This document shows, piece after piece, positions 35,518 through 45,134 of a stretch of 64,000 nt of DNA. The notes beneath the pieces are model-generated. The model ran no database searches. It saw only the letters and a program-made list of their open reading frames with translations, and was not told the DNA's origin. Within the stretch, counting starts at the first letter, position 1, and every line of letters begins with the position of its first letter. The stretch is from sequence record PP456879.1; one strand, given 5' to 3'. Position numbers and translations under genes: made by a program.

Positions 35518-37433
35518 TACTTTGGGTTCTTATAGGTATTAATAAACTTCTCTAGCAGGGTGTCCATTTTAGGAGCACCCATGATCTTCTGTGTGATTTC
35601 AATAGCATTAACCCTACCACCTGTTAAGTTTACGCCAACTTCACGGCGATGGTGTTCACTAATTCCTTCCATCATTGAGAATTCCATCACACATGTTTCA
35701 CGTGCAATATTTAGAATCTGACTAACGTTAGGATATGTCGACACGATGTCAAGGTCGGCGATATGACAGAAGATTAAGGTTTTATAATTCGGTAAATCTT
35801 TAACACACTGCAATCCATTTGGACCTGCCATGTATGATGGTAGTGTAACAATCCAATCATTATGGCCAATAACATATTGATCAAGTTCATGCACCATCTG
35901 ATCTGAACTTGAACCAATGACACATGGCTCTGGTCTATTCAAATACCAGAAGTGCATATCGTCACATAGTCGTTTTGGGTTAGAACTAAAGTTCTTATAG
36001 TCAGATGCCTTAGAGAATAGACTTATAGAGCGACCAAGGTCATTTACTTGTTCATCAAGTTGTTCTAGTCGAATGGAGTCGATGATGTTATAAAGACCAT
36101 ATTTGATTTTATGCTTAGTCTGCATCTCACGGTGCCAATCGATACCACCAAGATGTGCAGTTTCTTTAAAGGTTAACTTACCAAATTCCATTACATATCT
36201 AATAGAATCACCATAGGTAAAGTTATCATTTAATATAAAATCATCCACCGGTACCCATTCATTACTACCTACATTTTTAATATATTTAGTAATAACGCCG
36301 CCTGGTCGGTCAACTAGTTGTTTATTAAAACCTTCAATAAAATCTTCTAAGTCCTTATCATTTTTAATGGTCGTGGATTTATCGATGTTTAGTTCTTTTC
36401 TAAGAATAGACTCTAACCGATAGTTAGGATCACGTCCTTTAGCTAATCGAGTTACTCGATAAGTTGACATAGAATCGATACATTGAAAACTAGAGGGTGC
36501 TGTAATCCAATGCCATTGATCCTCCGGTCCTTTAGATTTAGTGACCCCAGATGCAGTGGTGGTCATAGGTTCATCAATCTTAAAATGGAAATACCTATAA
36601 TTCTTAGGTACCGATGGATCAGAAAAAACATCAGCTGGATTAACACCATAGTGTTCTAATGTTTTTAAGATTCTACCAATGTCGAAGCTAATATTCCAGA
36701 ATGCGAAGAAATCTGGTTTCCAGGTATGTAGTCGTTTAAAACATTCAATAATAATATCTACTGGTGTTTCAACAACCATTACTTCAATATCTAGACCACG
36801 TTCTTTAATTAGATGTGATAATACCTCTTCTTTTTGTGCTTGTTCTAATGTCTCTTTCACTGGATCTTCAATATCACTAACCCATCGTTTTAAATAGGCT
36901 AGGAAAGCTTTGTTCTTATGTGTAACTGACATACAGATAATCTGGCCATCGTTCTCAGCTTCATAAACGTTGGTTTCGATGTCACCGCCAGCAACAGTGT
37001 TTAGAGAGATTAGACCAGGATAACGTTCTTGATAATCATGCTTCAGATAACAGGTTGAACTAACATCACTGCCATATAGGTAAGGACTACGCGCTAGTTG
37101 ACGAAGAGATCTAGCCGAATAGTCACCTAGGATTTTACTAATCTTACGTTTCATGTCAATTTGAGTTGACATGTATTTAACTAAGTTACGCTCATATTCG
37201 TAATCTTTCTTTTCTTTATGGTTACGCATTCCTTTTGCGGTAATCCAAAAAGGACGCTGGTAGTTTTCCCACATCCTTAAATTATTTGCAGTTGTACCAT
37301 CTTCAAAATGAATTCGTTCTTTAACGAAATGCGCATCTGTAAACTTACCAAATTGATCAGTACAATAAGTAATATGTTTGGCTTCAATGCCCTTAATCTT
37401 TTTCTTATTTGTAACCTGTTGTTCATTAGACAT
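35517..37433 (-). CDS. polB: Split family B DNA polymerase subunit (3'-5' exonuclease plus motif A), gp82-like
   Basis: ExoI GDIET, ExoII WNISFDI, ExoIII YNIIDS and motif A DLDIVSTYPN. Confidence 0.9.
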   Translation of the reverse strand: MSNEQQVTNKKKIKGIEAKHITYCTDQFGKFTDAHFVKERIHFEDGTTANNLRMWENYQRPFWITAKGMRNHKEKKDYEYERNLVKYMSTQIDMKRKISKILGDYSARSLRQLARSPYLYGSDVSSTCYLKHDYQERYPGLISLNTVAGGDIETNVYEAENDGQIICMSVTHKNKAFLAYLKRWVSDIEDPVKETLEQAQKEEVLSHLIKERGLDIEVMVVETPVDIIIECFKRLHTWKPDFFAFWNISFDIGRILKTLEHYGVNPADVFSDPSVPKNYRYFHFKIDEPMTTTASGVTKSKGPEDQWHWITAPSSFQCIDSMSTYRVTRLAKGRDPNYRLESILRKELNIDKSTTIKNDKDLEDFIEGFNKQLVDRPGGVITKYIKNVGSNEWVPVDDFILNDNFTYGDSIRYVMEFGKLTFKETAHLGGIDWHREMQTKHKIKYGLYNIIDSIRLEQLDEQVNDLGRSISLFSKASDYKNFSSNPKRLCDDMHFWYLNRPEPCVIGSSSDQMVHELDQYVIGHNDWIVTLPSYMAGPNGLQCVKDLPNYKTLIFCHIADLDIVSTYPNVSQILNIARETCVMEFSMMEGISEHHRREVGVNLTGGRVNAIEITQKIMGAPKMDTLLEKFINTYKNPK

Positions 37434-37509
37434 TGCTATAACCTCAGCACATATTGATATTTATCTACGTACTATATTAGTGCCTAGTAAAAGTAATAAT
37501 CAGCATAAA

Positions 37510-37527
37510 GCCTCCCCTAGGGGAGGC
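37510..37527. terminator. Terminator hairpin
   Basis: GCATAAA-GCCTCCCC-TA-GGGGAGGC-AATATG. Confidence 0.7.
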
Positions 37528-37534
37528 AATATGT

Positions 37535-38956
37535 TTACATACCAGCTTTCTGCCGGAAGAAGTGTAGAACGAGTTGCCGCTTACCTTCAGGGATGAAACG
37601 TGCAAGATAGTTAATATCTACCTGATAAAGCGCATCTGATACATCACTAGTAAATAGGCAGAATAGAGTAAGAAGATTAATGTGTGCTTCTTGACGGTTA
37701 TTCTGAGTAGGTAGAGTAGCAACAAAGCGAAGTGCGTTAGATTCACTAAATAGAGTATTACGATTTTTCTTAACGAAATCAAAGATAATATCCATGCCTG
37801 ATTTAAAGCCTTCAATATCTTCGATTGTCATTACGTAGTTGAATACATCATCTAGTTTCTTTTGTGCATCGCCACCACGTTCGATAGTGATATAGTCACC
37901 AGGTTTAGCACCAGTGGCAAACTGCTCTAGACGAGATTCGATAAATACTTGGTTCATTTTGGTCATACCTTTACGAAGTACAGGTTCATTAGATGTTGAT
38001 TCACTATTCAAGATTTTAACTTCCCCGGTTGGTTTAATATCATCTTTACCAGAGAATACTTTCCATTGTTCAACAATAGTTTCAATATCTTGACTAGTGG
38101 TAGGTAAGAATAAACGATCGCGTAACTCAATAGCAATTTTAAAATCTTTTATCAGATTACTATTTTTAATAAGTCCTTCAGCCCAGTCTTCAAGCTCTGC
38201 TGTCGTCCAATCGGTAGGTGGAGCATTATCACGAATAACACTATTAACCCAACTACCACGTAGTGTTTTTGGTGGAGTAATACCTTGTTTAACAAAATCA
38301 ACCACTTCTTGGGTAGACCAATCTAGTGGAATATCACTAGTGTGAATACGCAGTTGCTTGACTAATTCTTCAAGCTTGATACTGTCTTCAGTATTGCGAA
38401 TATCTTGTTTCAGAGTATCTTCATTAACTACCGGTACAATTACTTCCTCAGTAGTCTCATTCTCTTTAGCCCTTTTAGTTAAAATATCATCAGCAATATC
38501 GGCAATATCATTAACTACACCAGTTAGACGATGGTTAGCAGCATCGATTAGTTCATCATCTGACCATTCATCATAAGGACGATATTTACGGGTTGGGTCA
38601 AATACAAAGCTACCGAGTTCAGTTTTACCTTTAGCAATGCCATCATTGGTAAACCATTCAATGACGTTTTCATCTGTCCATGTTTCAGGAATATCATGGT
38701 CAGTACGCAGTGCATTTACATTAACTTTAGCTAATTCTGAGGTATCGTTAACTGTATTAACTGAAGAATTAATATCATCTGCTGTAGCATATACTTCCTC
38801 AGGAGATACTAATTCAATATTTGTTAATCCTCGACCAATTTCAGAAGTTGGCTTATCTTCAGTTACTTCTGATAAAACTTCGTCTTTGACAATAGGTTTT
38901 TCAGGTAAACGATTGAGTTGAGGAAACTTTCCAAATCGTTGATTCTTTTTAGACAT
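37535..38956 (-). CDS. Conserved hypothetical protein, gp81-like, with Trp-containing internal repeats
   Basis: Four P..W[TS]..E[VL] repeats. Confidence 0.8.
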   Translation of the reverse strand: MSKKNQRFGKFPQLNRLPEKPIVKDEVLSEVTEDKPTSEIGRGLTNIELVSPEEVYATADDINSSVNTVNDTSELAKVNVNALRTDHDIPETWTDENVIEWFTNDGIAKGKTELGSFVFDPTRKYRPYDEWSDDELIDAANHRLTGVVNDIADIADDILTKRAKENETTEEVIVPVVNEDTLKQDIRNTEDSIKLEELVKQLRIHTSDIPLDWSTQEVVDFVKQGITPPKTLRGSWVNSVIRDNAPPTDWTTAELEDWAEGLIKNSNLIKDFKIAIELRDRLFLPTTSQDIETIVEQWKVFSGKDDIKPTGEVKILNSESTSNEPVLRKGMTKMNQVFIESRLEQFATGAKPGDYITIERGGDAQKKLDDVFNYVMTIEDIEGFKSGMDIIFDFVKKNRNTLFSESNALRFVATLPTQNNRQEAHINLLTLFCLFTSDVSDALYQVDINYLARFIPEGKRQLVLHFFRQKAGM

Positions 38957-39018
38957 TACTAGTTCCTTTCGGGTTATAATCTAAATAATGGAGAAGCTGA
39001 GTAACTTCTCCATCTATT

Positions 39019-40368
39019 TTAACTGATGCGATCGCGATAAGACCATTTAACAGTCTTAAGAACAGCACTGTGCATTTTAGACATGAAGATGGATAGGAAT
39101 CGACCACCAACACCTGCTGCTGCTGCCGGAATGCCATTGGGGTTCTCTGACATTTGTTTACCCATACAGACAGCACATACGTTCTTACCTCTACCTATTA
39201 CACCATTAGCTGGATCACCACCGGCCTTACATGTCATTGGACCACGTAGTTCAATCTCAGTGCCAACTAGTTCATCAATATTAGTTTCTTCAATAAGGAT
39301 AGATTTCCCATTCTTAACATAAGACAAGCCAATGAAATCTTTCTTATTAAATTGGTGAACAGTAGTTGGAATACCTATCCATGTATTGCAGTCTTCCATA
39401 ATAATCCTGACTGTACCAACCATTCGATAAATCGTTTTAGTTGACTCACCGCCTAGGGCTGTTTGTGCACCACGGTTATATGAACCATAACGTAATGAGT
39501 TATTCATTACTGGCATATGGTCAGTGTCAATGCCTTCTTCCAATGATTTACCGATATATTCAACTGATGTACCATCTTGGAATGGCGCTTCCCCACCAAA
39601 CATACCAAATACTTTCTTACGCACGCCACCAAATAATTTACTATGTTTAGTGTCATAGAACTCATAAGAAGGATCGTCTTTTAGATAGTCCTCATCTAGC
39701 TTGATTAATGCATTACCCATTTCTGCAATAACAGCCGGATCATCTAACCGATCTTTATATTTCTCTTCTAGTTCTTTACGTAACTTATCTCTGTCTGGTG
39801 CAGAGGTCATTGATTTCTCAGTAATGGATGTTACCAAGGTACTGGCATATGCTGGCAATGCTAAACAATGATCTGCAAACATCCGATATTGCCATACATA
39901 TAACTTACCATCAGTTGCACGCGGTGGATTATCATCATCAATTGGATCATCGATCATGCGGTTAAGAATTTCTTTCTCAACTTTACCAATATCGAAATAA
40001 CCAGATTGGAATGGGAACAGATCACCAAAAGGTAAACATAATACTAAATGGTTAACAAAAACGTTACCATAAGTTGTTCTTAATGCACCTGGTCCTTTAT
40101 AGTTTTCAATTTCACCAGGTTGTAAAATGAATTCATCTCGAAATGCTAATGGTTGTTTACCTTCAATATAATCGTCGATATAAACAACTTCATCATTAGA
40201 ATCGCCTTCTTTATAGAAGAACATTTTACCATCTTTGAAATATGGCTTGTATAGATATTCACCACCATCATTTGGGTTATAAACGATATTAAATAAAACG
40301 TTAACCCATGCTCGTTTCTTATCTAATCCAGCATTGATACCCATTAGAAAATAATCACGTAATTTCAT
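39019..40368 (-). CDS. Virion RNA polymerase beta'-like C-terminal subunit, gp80-like
   Basis: LRGPMTC...VCAVCMG Zn-binding motif and SKMH trigger-loop-like segment; synteny. Confidence 0.85.
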   Translation of the reverse strand: MKLRDYFLMGINAGLDKKRAWVNVLFNIVYNPNDGGEYLYKPYFKDGKMFFYKEGDSNDEVVYIDDYIEGKQPLAFRDEFILQPGEIENYKGPGALRTTYGNVFVNHLVLCLPFGDLFPFQSGYFDIGKVEKEILNRMIDDPIDDDNPPRATDGKLYVWQYRMFADHCLALPAYASTLVTSITEKSMTSAPDRDKLRKELEEKYKDRLDDPAVIAEMGNALIKLDEDYLKDDPSYEFYDTKHSKLFGGVRKKVFGMFGGEAPFQDGTSVEYIGKSLEEGIDTDHMPVMNNSLRYGSYNRGAQTALGGESTKTIYRMVGTVRIIMEDCNTWIGIPTTVHQFNKKDFIGLSYVKNGKSILIEETNIDELVGTEIELRGPMTCKAGGDPANGVIGRGKNVCAVCMGKQMSENPNGIPAAAAGVGGRFLSIFMSKMHSAVLKTVKWSYRDRIS

Positions 40369-41212
40369 TAGTATCACCTATGCTATTTAAAATCTTTTTA
40401 GCTTCATTTTCCATAATAGATCGTTCAATATTGTTAGATGTGAAATCATCTATAATACTCATTACGGTTCTACTAATTTCATTCTGTTCAGTATTTGAAA
40501 TTAATACCAATCCGACAATTTCTTTAGCAACTTCAATAGGCGTCATAGCATCTAATGGGCCAAATGAAATTTGTAATAGGTCATCAATATTCCTTTTACC
40601 AACACGTAATCCTGCATTAACTAGTTCCATAGCTAACTTAAATGATGCCCGCGTATGAATACGAATAAGGCGATTAATTAAATTAATCCGTTCGACATTA
40701 CTTACATTGCCATATGCTTGACCACGGGTAGTAAGTACTGACTGAATAAATGATGTAATATTACTAATAAGTGTTGGTGATACACTTTCAATTAAGTCAA
40801 TGATATTTAAGAAATCTACACTTGTATCGATAAGTTCTACCAGATGTGCTAACGTCTCTTCGGGTGAATATTCGGCTAACAGAATATCATTCACTTCATC
40901 TGGAATAATGTAATCTTCTAAACTAAGGAGTGTATTAACAACAGCTTGCCGTTCAGCCTGAGTTGCTTCATCACTAATTTTAATAAGATGTTCATTTAGA
41001 ATTTCATCTTGTGCAATGCGAATGATATCATCAATGCGAGAAAGAAGCATTGCATTATCTGAGATACCTGATTGAATCTGACATACTGTATTTAGTTCAT
41101 CTAGAGCTGCAACATAATTGATCTTTTCAAAAGATGCTACACAGTCTAGGATAACTTCTTTACGCTCTTCATGTATAAGAGGCGTAAGATAACTATCAAT
41201 GAAATCTTTCAT
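40355..41212 (-). CDS. Conserved hypothetical or virion protein, gp79-like
   Basis: AAGGA SD before MKDFID; overlaps gp80. Confidence 0.75.
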   Translation of the reverse strand: MKDFIDSYLTPLIHEERKEVILDCVASFEKINYVAALDELNTVCQIQSGISDNAMLLSRIDDIIRIAQDEILNEHLIKISDEATQAERQAVVNTLLSLEDYIIPDEVNDILLAEYSPEETLAHLVELIDTSVDFLNIIDLIESVSPTLISNITSFIQSVLTTRGQAYGNVSNVERINLINRLIRIHTRASFKLAMELVNAGLRVGKRNIDDLLQISFGPLDAMTPIEVAKEIVGLVLISNTEQNEISRTVMSIIDDFTSNNIERSIMENEAKKILNSIGDTNEIT

Positions 41213-41383
41213 GACGATATCCTTTTTATACGGAATTATTAACATAGGGTTGGACAGATAGTTATTCTTTAATATAGTGTAAAATTACCAAATGTGTTAA
41301 ATATATGTTGAACTAATCATTTTTTTCATTTGTCAATTTATATTGGCAAATATTAAATTAAGCCTCTATCGGAGTATAACAAG

Positions 41384-41878
41384 ATGTCAAATAAAGCTAA
41401 AGAACCAACTCTAACTAAAGAACAGGAAAAGACTCTACGTCTATTTGAACGTGCAGTTGGAGCATCAGCTGCCGCAGCTGATCATATTCTTAACCGTGAT
41501 GGTTGGGATGTTGTCAATGTACTAGCAGGTTCCGTAGGTAAACGTATTCTACAAACTGAAGTATTCATTAATCCAGTTATCAATAAGATCAATGAAATCA
41601 TTCCGACGTTATCTGATCCTACTGGATTCCAAAAGAACCTACAAACAGTTATTGCTGACCTTAATCGACTAACTAAAATTATCAGTGTCCTATATGCACA
41701 ACATCAAGGTAAGGCTGGTCCAGCAAATAATGAAGATGAACTAAAACTCATCAGTGAACTTGTTACTAAATACACTGGTATTGAAGGTGCTATTGAACGC
41801 GGTATTGATGGTGTAATCCTAGCGATGATCGGCACTCTTCGAGAAGCTGGTTGGGACGAAAAACTAATTCAACAATAA
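41384..41878 (+). CDS. Hypothetical protein, gp78-like, 164 aa
   Basis: ATG at 41384 on the plus strand with GGAG SD. Confidence 0.8.
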   Translation: MSNKAKEPTLTKEQEKTLRLFERAVGASAAAADHILNRDGWDVVNVLAGSVGKRILQTEVFINPVINKINEIIPTLSDPTGFQKNLQTVIADLNRLTKIISVLYAQHQGKAGPANNEDELKLISELVTKYTGIEGAIERGIDGVILAMIGTLREAGWDEKLIQQ

Positions 41879-41889
41879 TGGAGTTTTAA

Positions 41890-43491
41890 ATGGCTACTGC
41901 TGACTTCGATAATGAGTACGATGATACTCCAGAAGAGAATTTACTAGATCAAATTGATGAGATCAATGCGCAACACGATCCTGACTCTAGTATTGAAAAT
42001 AATGACGAGGTGGAAACTCCACCTTTCGTTCCTGATCAAAAAGAAATTAAACTACGTATTCCACGTAATGCTAAAACTGGAAATATCCGGGATGCTTCTG
42101 AACCGGCTATTAAAGATAGTGCTAGCATTCTTACTTTACTACGTGAGAATCCCCAGACTGTTTATAATTTCCTGGATCACAATAAAGAACTATTTAAAGC
42201 ATTTGCTGATAATAAAGTAGATGACACTAGTGACGGTGTAAAGTGGACAGCTGCTATTCTGGAAGGCTTAGCTCACTCTATTGTTGAAGATGCACCAATC
42301 GGTGCAACTGCCCGAGAAGGTTCTGAATGGTCTAGTGAAATTCCTTATGGTGAAAAGATCATTCGACCTGGCCGACCTGTATTTAATACCAATGGTCGTA
42401 AAATGACCGATGATGAAACTCTAGTTTTCCTAACACGTAAAGCTAACATCGGTACGCCATATGATACTTTCCTACCTCATTCAGGTATTTGGGTAAAACT
42501 ACGTGCACCTACTGGTACTGAAGTAGCTGCCCTACAAGCACGTCTAGCACAATTAAAGATCCGGCTAGGCGCTGAATCAAAAGGTATGCTGTTCTCAAAC
42601 ATGGCAGCTGTGTTACTTAACATGGTTAGTAGTTTAGCACTTGCATGTGTTATTCAATCCAACTATAAGTTCAACACCCCAACTGATCTAGAGCATGTTA
42701 TCTCAGTAGCTGATGAGCCGTTCTTGCATCACGCACTAGCGGCGACTATGTATCCAGATGGATTTAATTATAGTTATCCATGCATTGCAGATGCCAATAC
42801 ATGTAACCATATTGAAACAGCGAAACTTAATATGTCAACGCTTGTTCAATATGATCTACTGGCATTCTCAGAAGAACAAAAGAAATATATTGCACGTAAG
42901 TTTAATGCATGTACTGAATCTGATCTTAAGACTTATAAAGAAGGATTCCGTATTGAAACTCAAGTAACTGAAATGTTTGGTGACGTTGGTGTTGTTCTTG
43001 AGATGTGTACAATTGCTGATCGCCGAGAGTCTGGTGATAGTTGGATTAACTCAATTATCGATATGACTCAAGGTAGTTTTAATGAACCAGTCGATGGTCC
43101 GCAACGTTCTCAGTATATTGCACGTTTACAAAAGATCTCTATTGCCCGTCAGTTCTCACATTTTGTTAAAGAAATTAAAGTACGTGAAGATGACGATGGT
43201 GAAAGTTCTGAAGACAATATTCGTACTGCAACCACTAATCGTGAAACTATTGAAAAGTTCTTAACTAATATTCTATCCACACCGGAATATAATGACCGCT
43301 TTATTAATGCGGTGAGTAACTTCATTGATTCACAACTAATTGGAATGATTGCAATTACAAGTTGGAATTGTCCAGTATGTGAGTCACCTGCTGCTACTAA
43401 ATTTAAAGAACGTTTCCCACACTTAATCCCTATTGACATGCTGTCAACTTTTTTTACTTTGGCGGCCTCGAAGTCAAACCGGATGGTGTAG
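41890..43491 (+). CDS. gp77-like protein, possibly a T4 gp26/gp51-like baseplate or tail assembly chaperone, 533 aa
   Basis: GGAG SD; VKLRAPTG, YPC..C and WNCPVC Cys motifs; ends in a T TTT TTT heptamer. Confidence 0.75.
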   Translation: MATADFDNEYDDTPEENLLDQIDEINAQHDPDSSIENNDEVETPPFVPDQKEIKLRIPRNAKTGNIRDASEPAIKDSASILTLLRENPQTVYNFLDHNKELFKAFADNKVDDTSDGVKWTAAILEGLAHSIVEDAPIGATAREGSEWSSEIPYGEKIIRPGRPVFNTNGRKMTDDETLVFLTRKANIGTPYDTFLPHSGIWVKLRAPTGTEVAALQARLAQLKIRLGAESKGMLFSNMAAVLLNMVSSLALACVIQSNYKFNTPTDLEHVISVADEPFLHHALAATMYPDGFNYSYPCIADANTCNHIETAKLNMSTLVQYDLLAFSEEQKKYIARKFNACTESDLKTYKEGFRIETQVTEMFGDVGVVLEMCTIADRRESGDSWINSIIDMTQGSFNEPVDGPQRSQYIARLQKISIARQFSHFVKEIKVREDDDGESSEDNIRTATTNRETIEKFLTNILSTPEYNDRFINAVSNFIDSQLIGMIAITSWNCPVCESPAATKFKERFPHLIPIDMLSTFFTLAASKSNRMV

Positions 43492-43952
43492 TTAATGATC
43501 TGAGATATAGTCGTCTTGAGGCCACTTTCAAGGAAGATAGTGGTCACATCCTACATCCAAACTTTGGTTATGATAAGTTAACTGAAGATGATACACACTT
43601 AGATAGACTATTATCGACAGTAGGGGCAGTAAGACCGTCTACAGCAGCACGTTTAACAAGAGAAGCATATCTACTTGATTACGATATCGGTTCACCAGAA
43701 AACGGACCCATGTGGTTAAATAAGGTAAATCCTAAAGAGGACTTTATCGAAGGTGGGTTGAGAAGGAGACTGACTAGAGATTTCTTCAAGTATAAAGTAG
43801 GTAGCTTATCTAATATGTCATTAACTGAATTCTTTGAATTAGCTTATTCTGAGGTAGAATACATAATTGAATTATGTAGGAATATTACTCATAATGAGGC
43901 TGTTAATAACAATAACCAGTTAAATGAATTAAACAAGCCGTTAACTAAATAA
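43455..43952 (+). CDS. gp76-like frame: 165-codon extension reachable by -1 frameshift from 41890..43491; first ATG only at 43710
   Basis: Frame open from 43437 to TAA 43950-43952 with no canonical start in its first ~90 codons. Confidence 0.6.
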   Translation, partial: YFGGLEVKPDGVVNDLRYSRLEATFKEDSGHILHPNFGYDKLTEDDTHLDRLLSTVGAVRPSTAARLTREAYLLDYDIGSPENGPMWLNKVNPKEDFIEGGLRRRLTRDFFKYKVGSLSNMSLTEFFELAYSEVEYIIELCRNITHNEAVNNNNQLNELNKPLTK

Positions 43953-43968
43953 AAAAAATAAAGACAGG

Positions 43969-44000
43969 CCCCTCTCCACATGGAGAGGGGTTTATGTCGT
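43969..44000. terminator. Bidirectional terminator with TTTATGTCGT flank
   Basis: CCCCTCTCCA-CA-TGGAGAGGGG between convergent genes. Confidence 0.8.
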
Positions 44001-44001
44001 C

Positions 44002-44145
44002 TTACTTACGTGCAAAGCTAGCTACAAGACCTTTGATAGCTAGAGCGACCATCCAGGCCGTTAACCCCTTCATTGGGCGGATATCAACCCGTTCTTCGAT
44101 ATCCAGATTGCCCTCACTATTGATTACCTCAATTCGTACTTGCAT
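44002..44145 (-). CDS. Small protein, 47 aa, hydrophobic C-terminus (MQVRIEVINSEGNLD...ASFARK), not in the track
   Basis: AAGGAG SD; translated by hand. Confidence 0.7.
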   Translation of the reverse strand: MQVRIEVINSEGNLDIEERVDIRPMKGLTAWMVALAIKGLVASFARK

Positions 44146-44240
44146 GGTCTACTCCTTATCAGGGTGGGATATGATATTCAAAAGTCTTTTGATATAAAGA
44201 TGGCATATTACCCCACCAATAAAAGGCGGGGTAATATTTA

Positions 44241-44435
44241 TTAAACCATCAGATATCCTAATGGGAATAAAGCAAAGAAGCCATATAAAACAACAAGCAG
44301 TGTCTTTTGGCGAACATACCGGGATTTAATACTATCTTTATCTAAGTCAAACTTGACATAAAGATAAATCTGATAACTTTTATATCCCATACTAGCCACA
44401 AGGGCTATTACTATAAGTTGACACAAAAAGACCAT
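44241..44435 (-). CDS. Small two-TM membrane protein, 64 aa
   Basis: Two hydrophobic segments separated by a basic loop. Confidence 0.7.
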   Translation of the reverse strand: MVFLCQLIVIALVASMGYKSYQIYLYVKFDLDKDSIKSRYVRQKTLLVVLYGFFALFPLGYLMV

Positions 44436-44490
44436 AGTGGGATGCTCTTATTATTAGAGAACAATGATCAATTGTTCTTACATAGCATGT

Positions 44491-44682
44491 CTATTTAATA
44501 TGCATGATTATCATATTAAATAACCACAACCCTAACATAAGGGTAAACATACTGCAAATCAAGCCACTTACAATCATTGCTTTTTGTTTGATTGTTTTAG
44601 CAGCAGCAAGAAATATAATTGAAGTTATTAATCCACTAAATGCAATTAATAGTGGTACTAAAAATAACAATACCCGAGCCAT
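44491..44682 (-). CDS. Small two-TM membrane protein, 63 aa
   Basis: GAGGTG SD; two hydrophobic helices. Confidence 0.75.
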   Translation of the reverse strand: MARVLLFLVPLLIAFSGLITSIIFLAAAKTIKQKAMIVSGLICSMFTLMLGLWLFNMIIMHIK

Positions 44683-44694
44683 ATAGACACCTCA

Positions 44695-44952
44695 TCAAAA
44701 TAGATAAGTTGTACATGTCAGTGAATAGTTAGTCCAGCAACTAACAATAGTACTTACCCATATGGTAACTAATACAATGCTTACGGAGAGAAAAAGCATA
44801 GCGTACTGGCATGCACTTTTATTAAAGATATCTTTAAACTCAAGATATGTTTTAATAATAAATATCAGCATGCATGTTAGAAGAATATCAACTAAGATCA
44901 AAGTACTGACTAGAAGCCATGTTGCACCAAAGATCTGATCAACTGTATACAT
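44695..44952 (-). CDS. Small two-TM membrane protein, about 85 aa
   Basis: ATG overlaps the upstream stop (TAATG); two hydrophobic helices. Confidence 0.7.
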   Translation of the reverse strand: MYTVDQIFGATWLLVSTLILVDILLTCMLIFIIKTYLEFKDIFNKSACQYAMLFLSVSIVLVTIWVSTIVSCWTNYSLTCTTYLF

Positions 44953-45017
44953 TATTTCCACTCCCATAGTTTATAAGCTATAACTACAATTGTAATCATA
45001 ATCAATTTTTTCTTCAT
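44952..45017 (-). CDS. 21-aa membrane peptide (MKKKLIMITIVVIAYKLWEWK), not in the track
   Basis: TAGG SD; first ORF after the early-type promoter; coupled to the next gene by TAATG. Confidence 0.5.
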   Translation of the reverse strand: MKKKLIMITIVVIAYKLWEWK

Positions 45018-45046
45018 TGTAAATACCCTATAGTTTTATCACATTT

Positions 45047-45065
45047 GTGATATACTGTTTAAAAT
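45047..45065 (-). promoter_or_regulatory. Early-type promoter (TATATCAC variant)
   Basis: Minus strand ATTTTAAACAGTATATCAC, one mismatch from the 7322 promoter. Confidence 0.7.
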
Positions 45066-45095
45066 GCTTTAAATACAAAAAATAAAAAAAGCATA

Positions 45096-45119
45096 ATCCC
45101 TCCCAACTAAGGGAGGGAT
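45096..45119 (-). terminator. Terminator after the helicase gene
   Basis: ATCCCTCCC-AACTAA-GGGAGGGAT, followed on minus by TATGCTTTTTTT. Confidence 0.8.
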
Positions 45120-45134
45120 CATTTATGCCATTTA

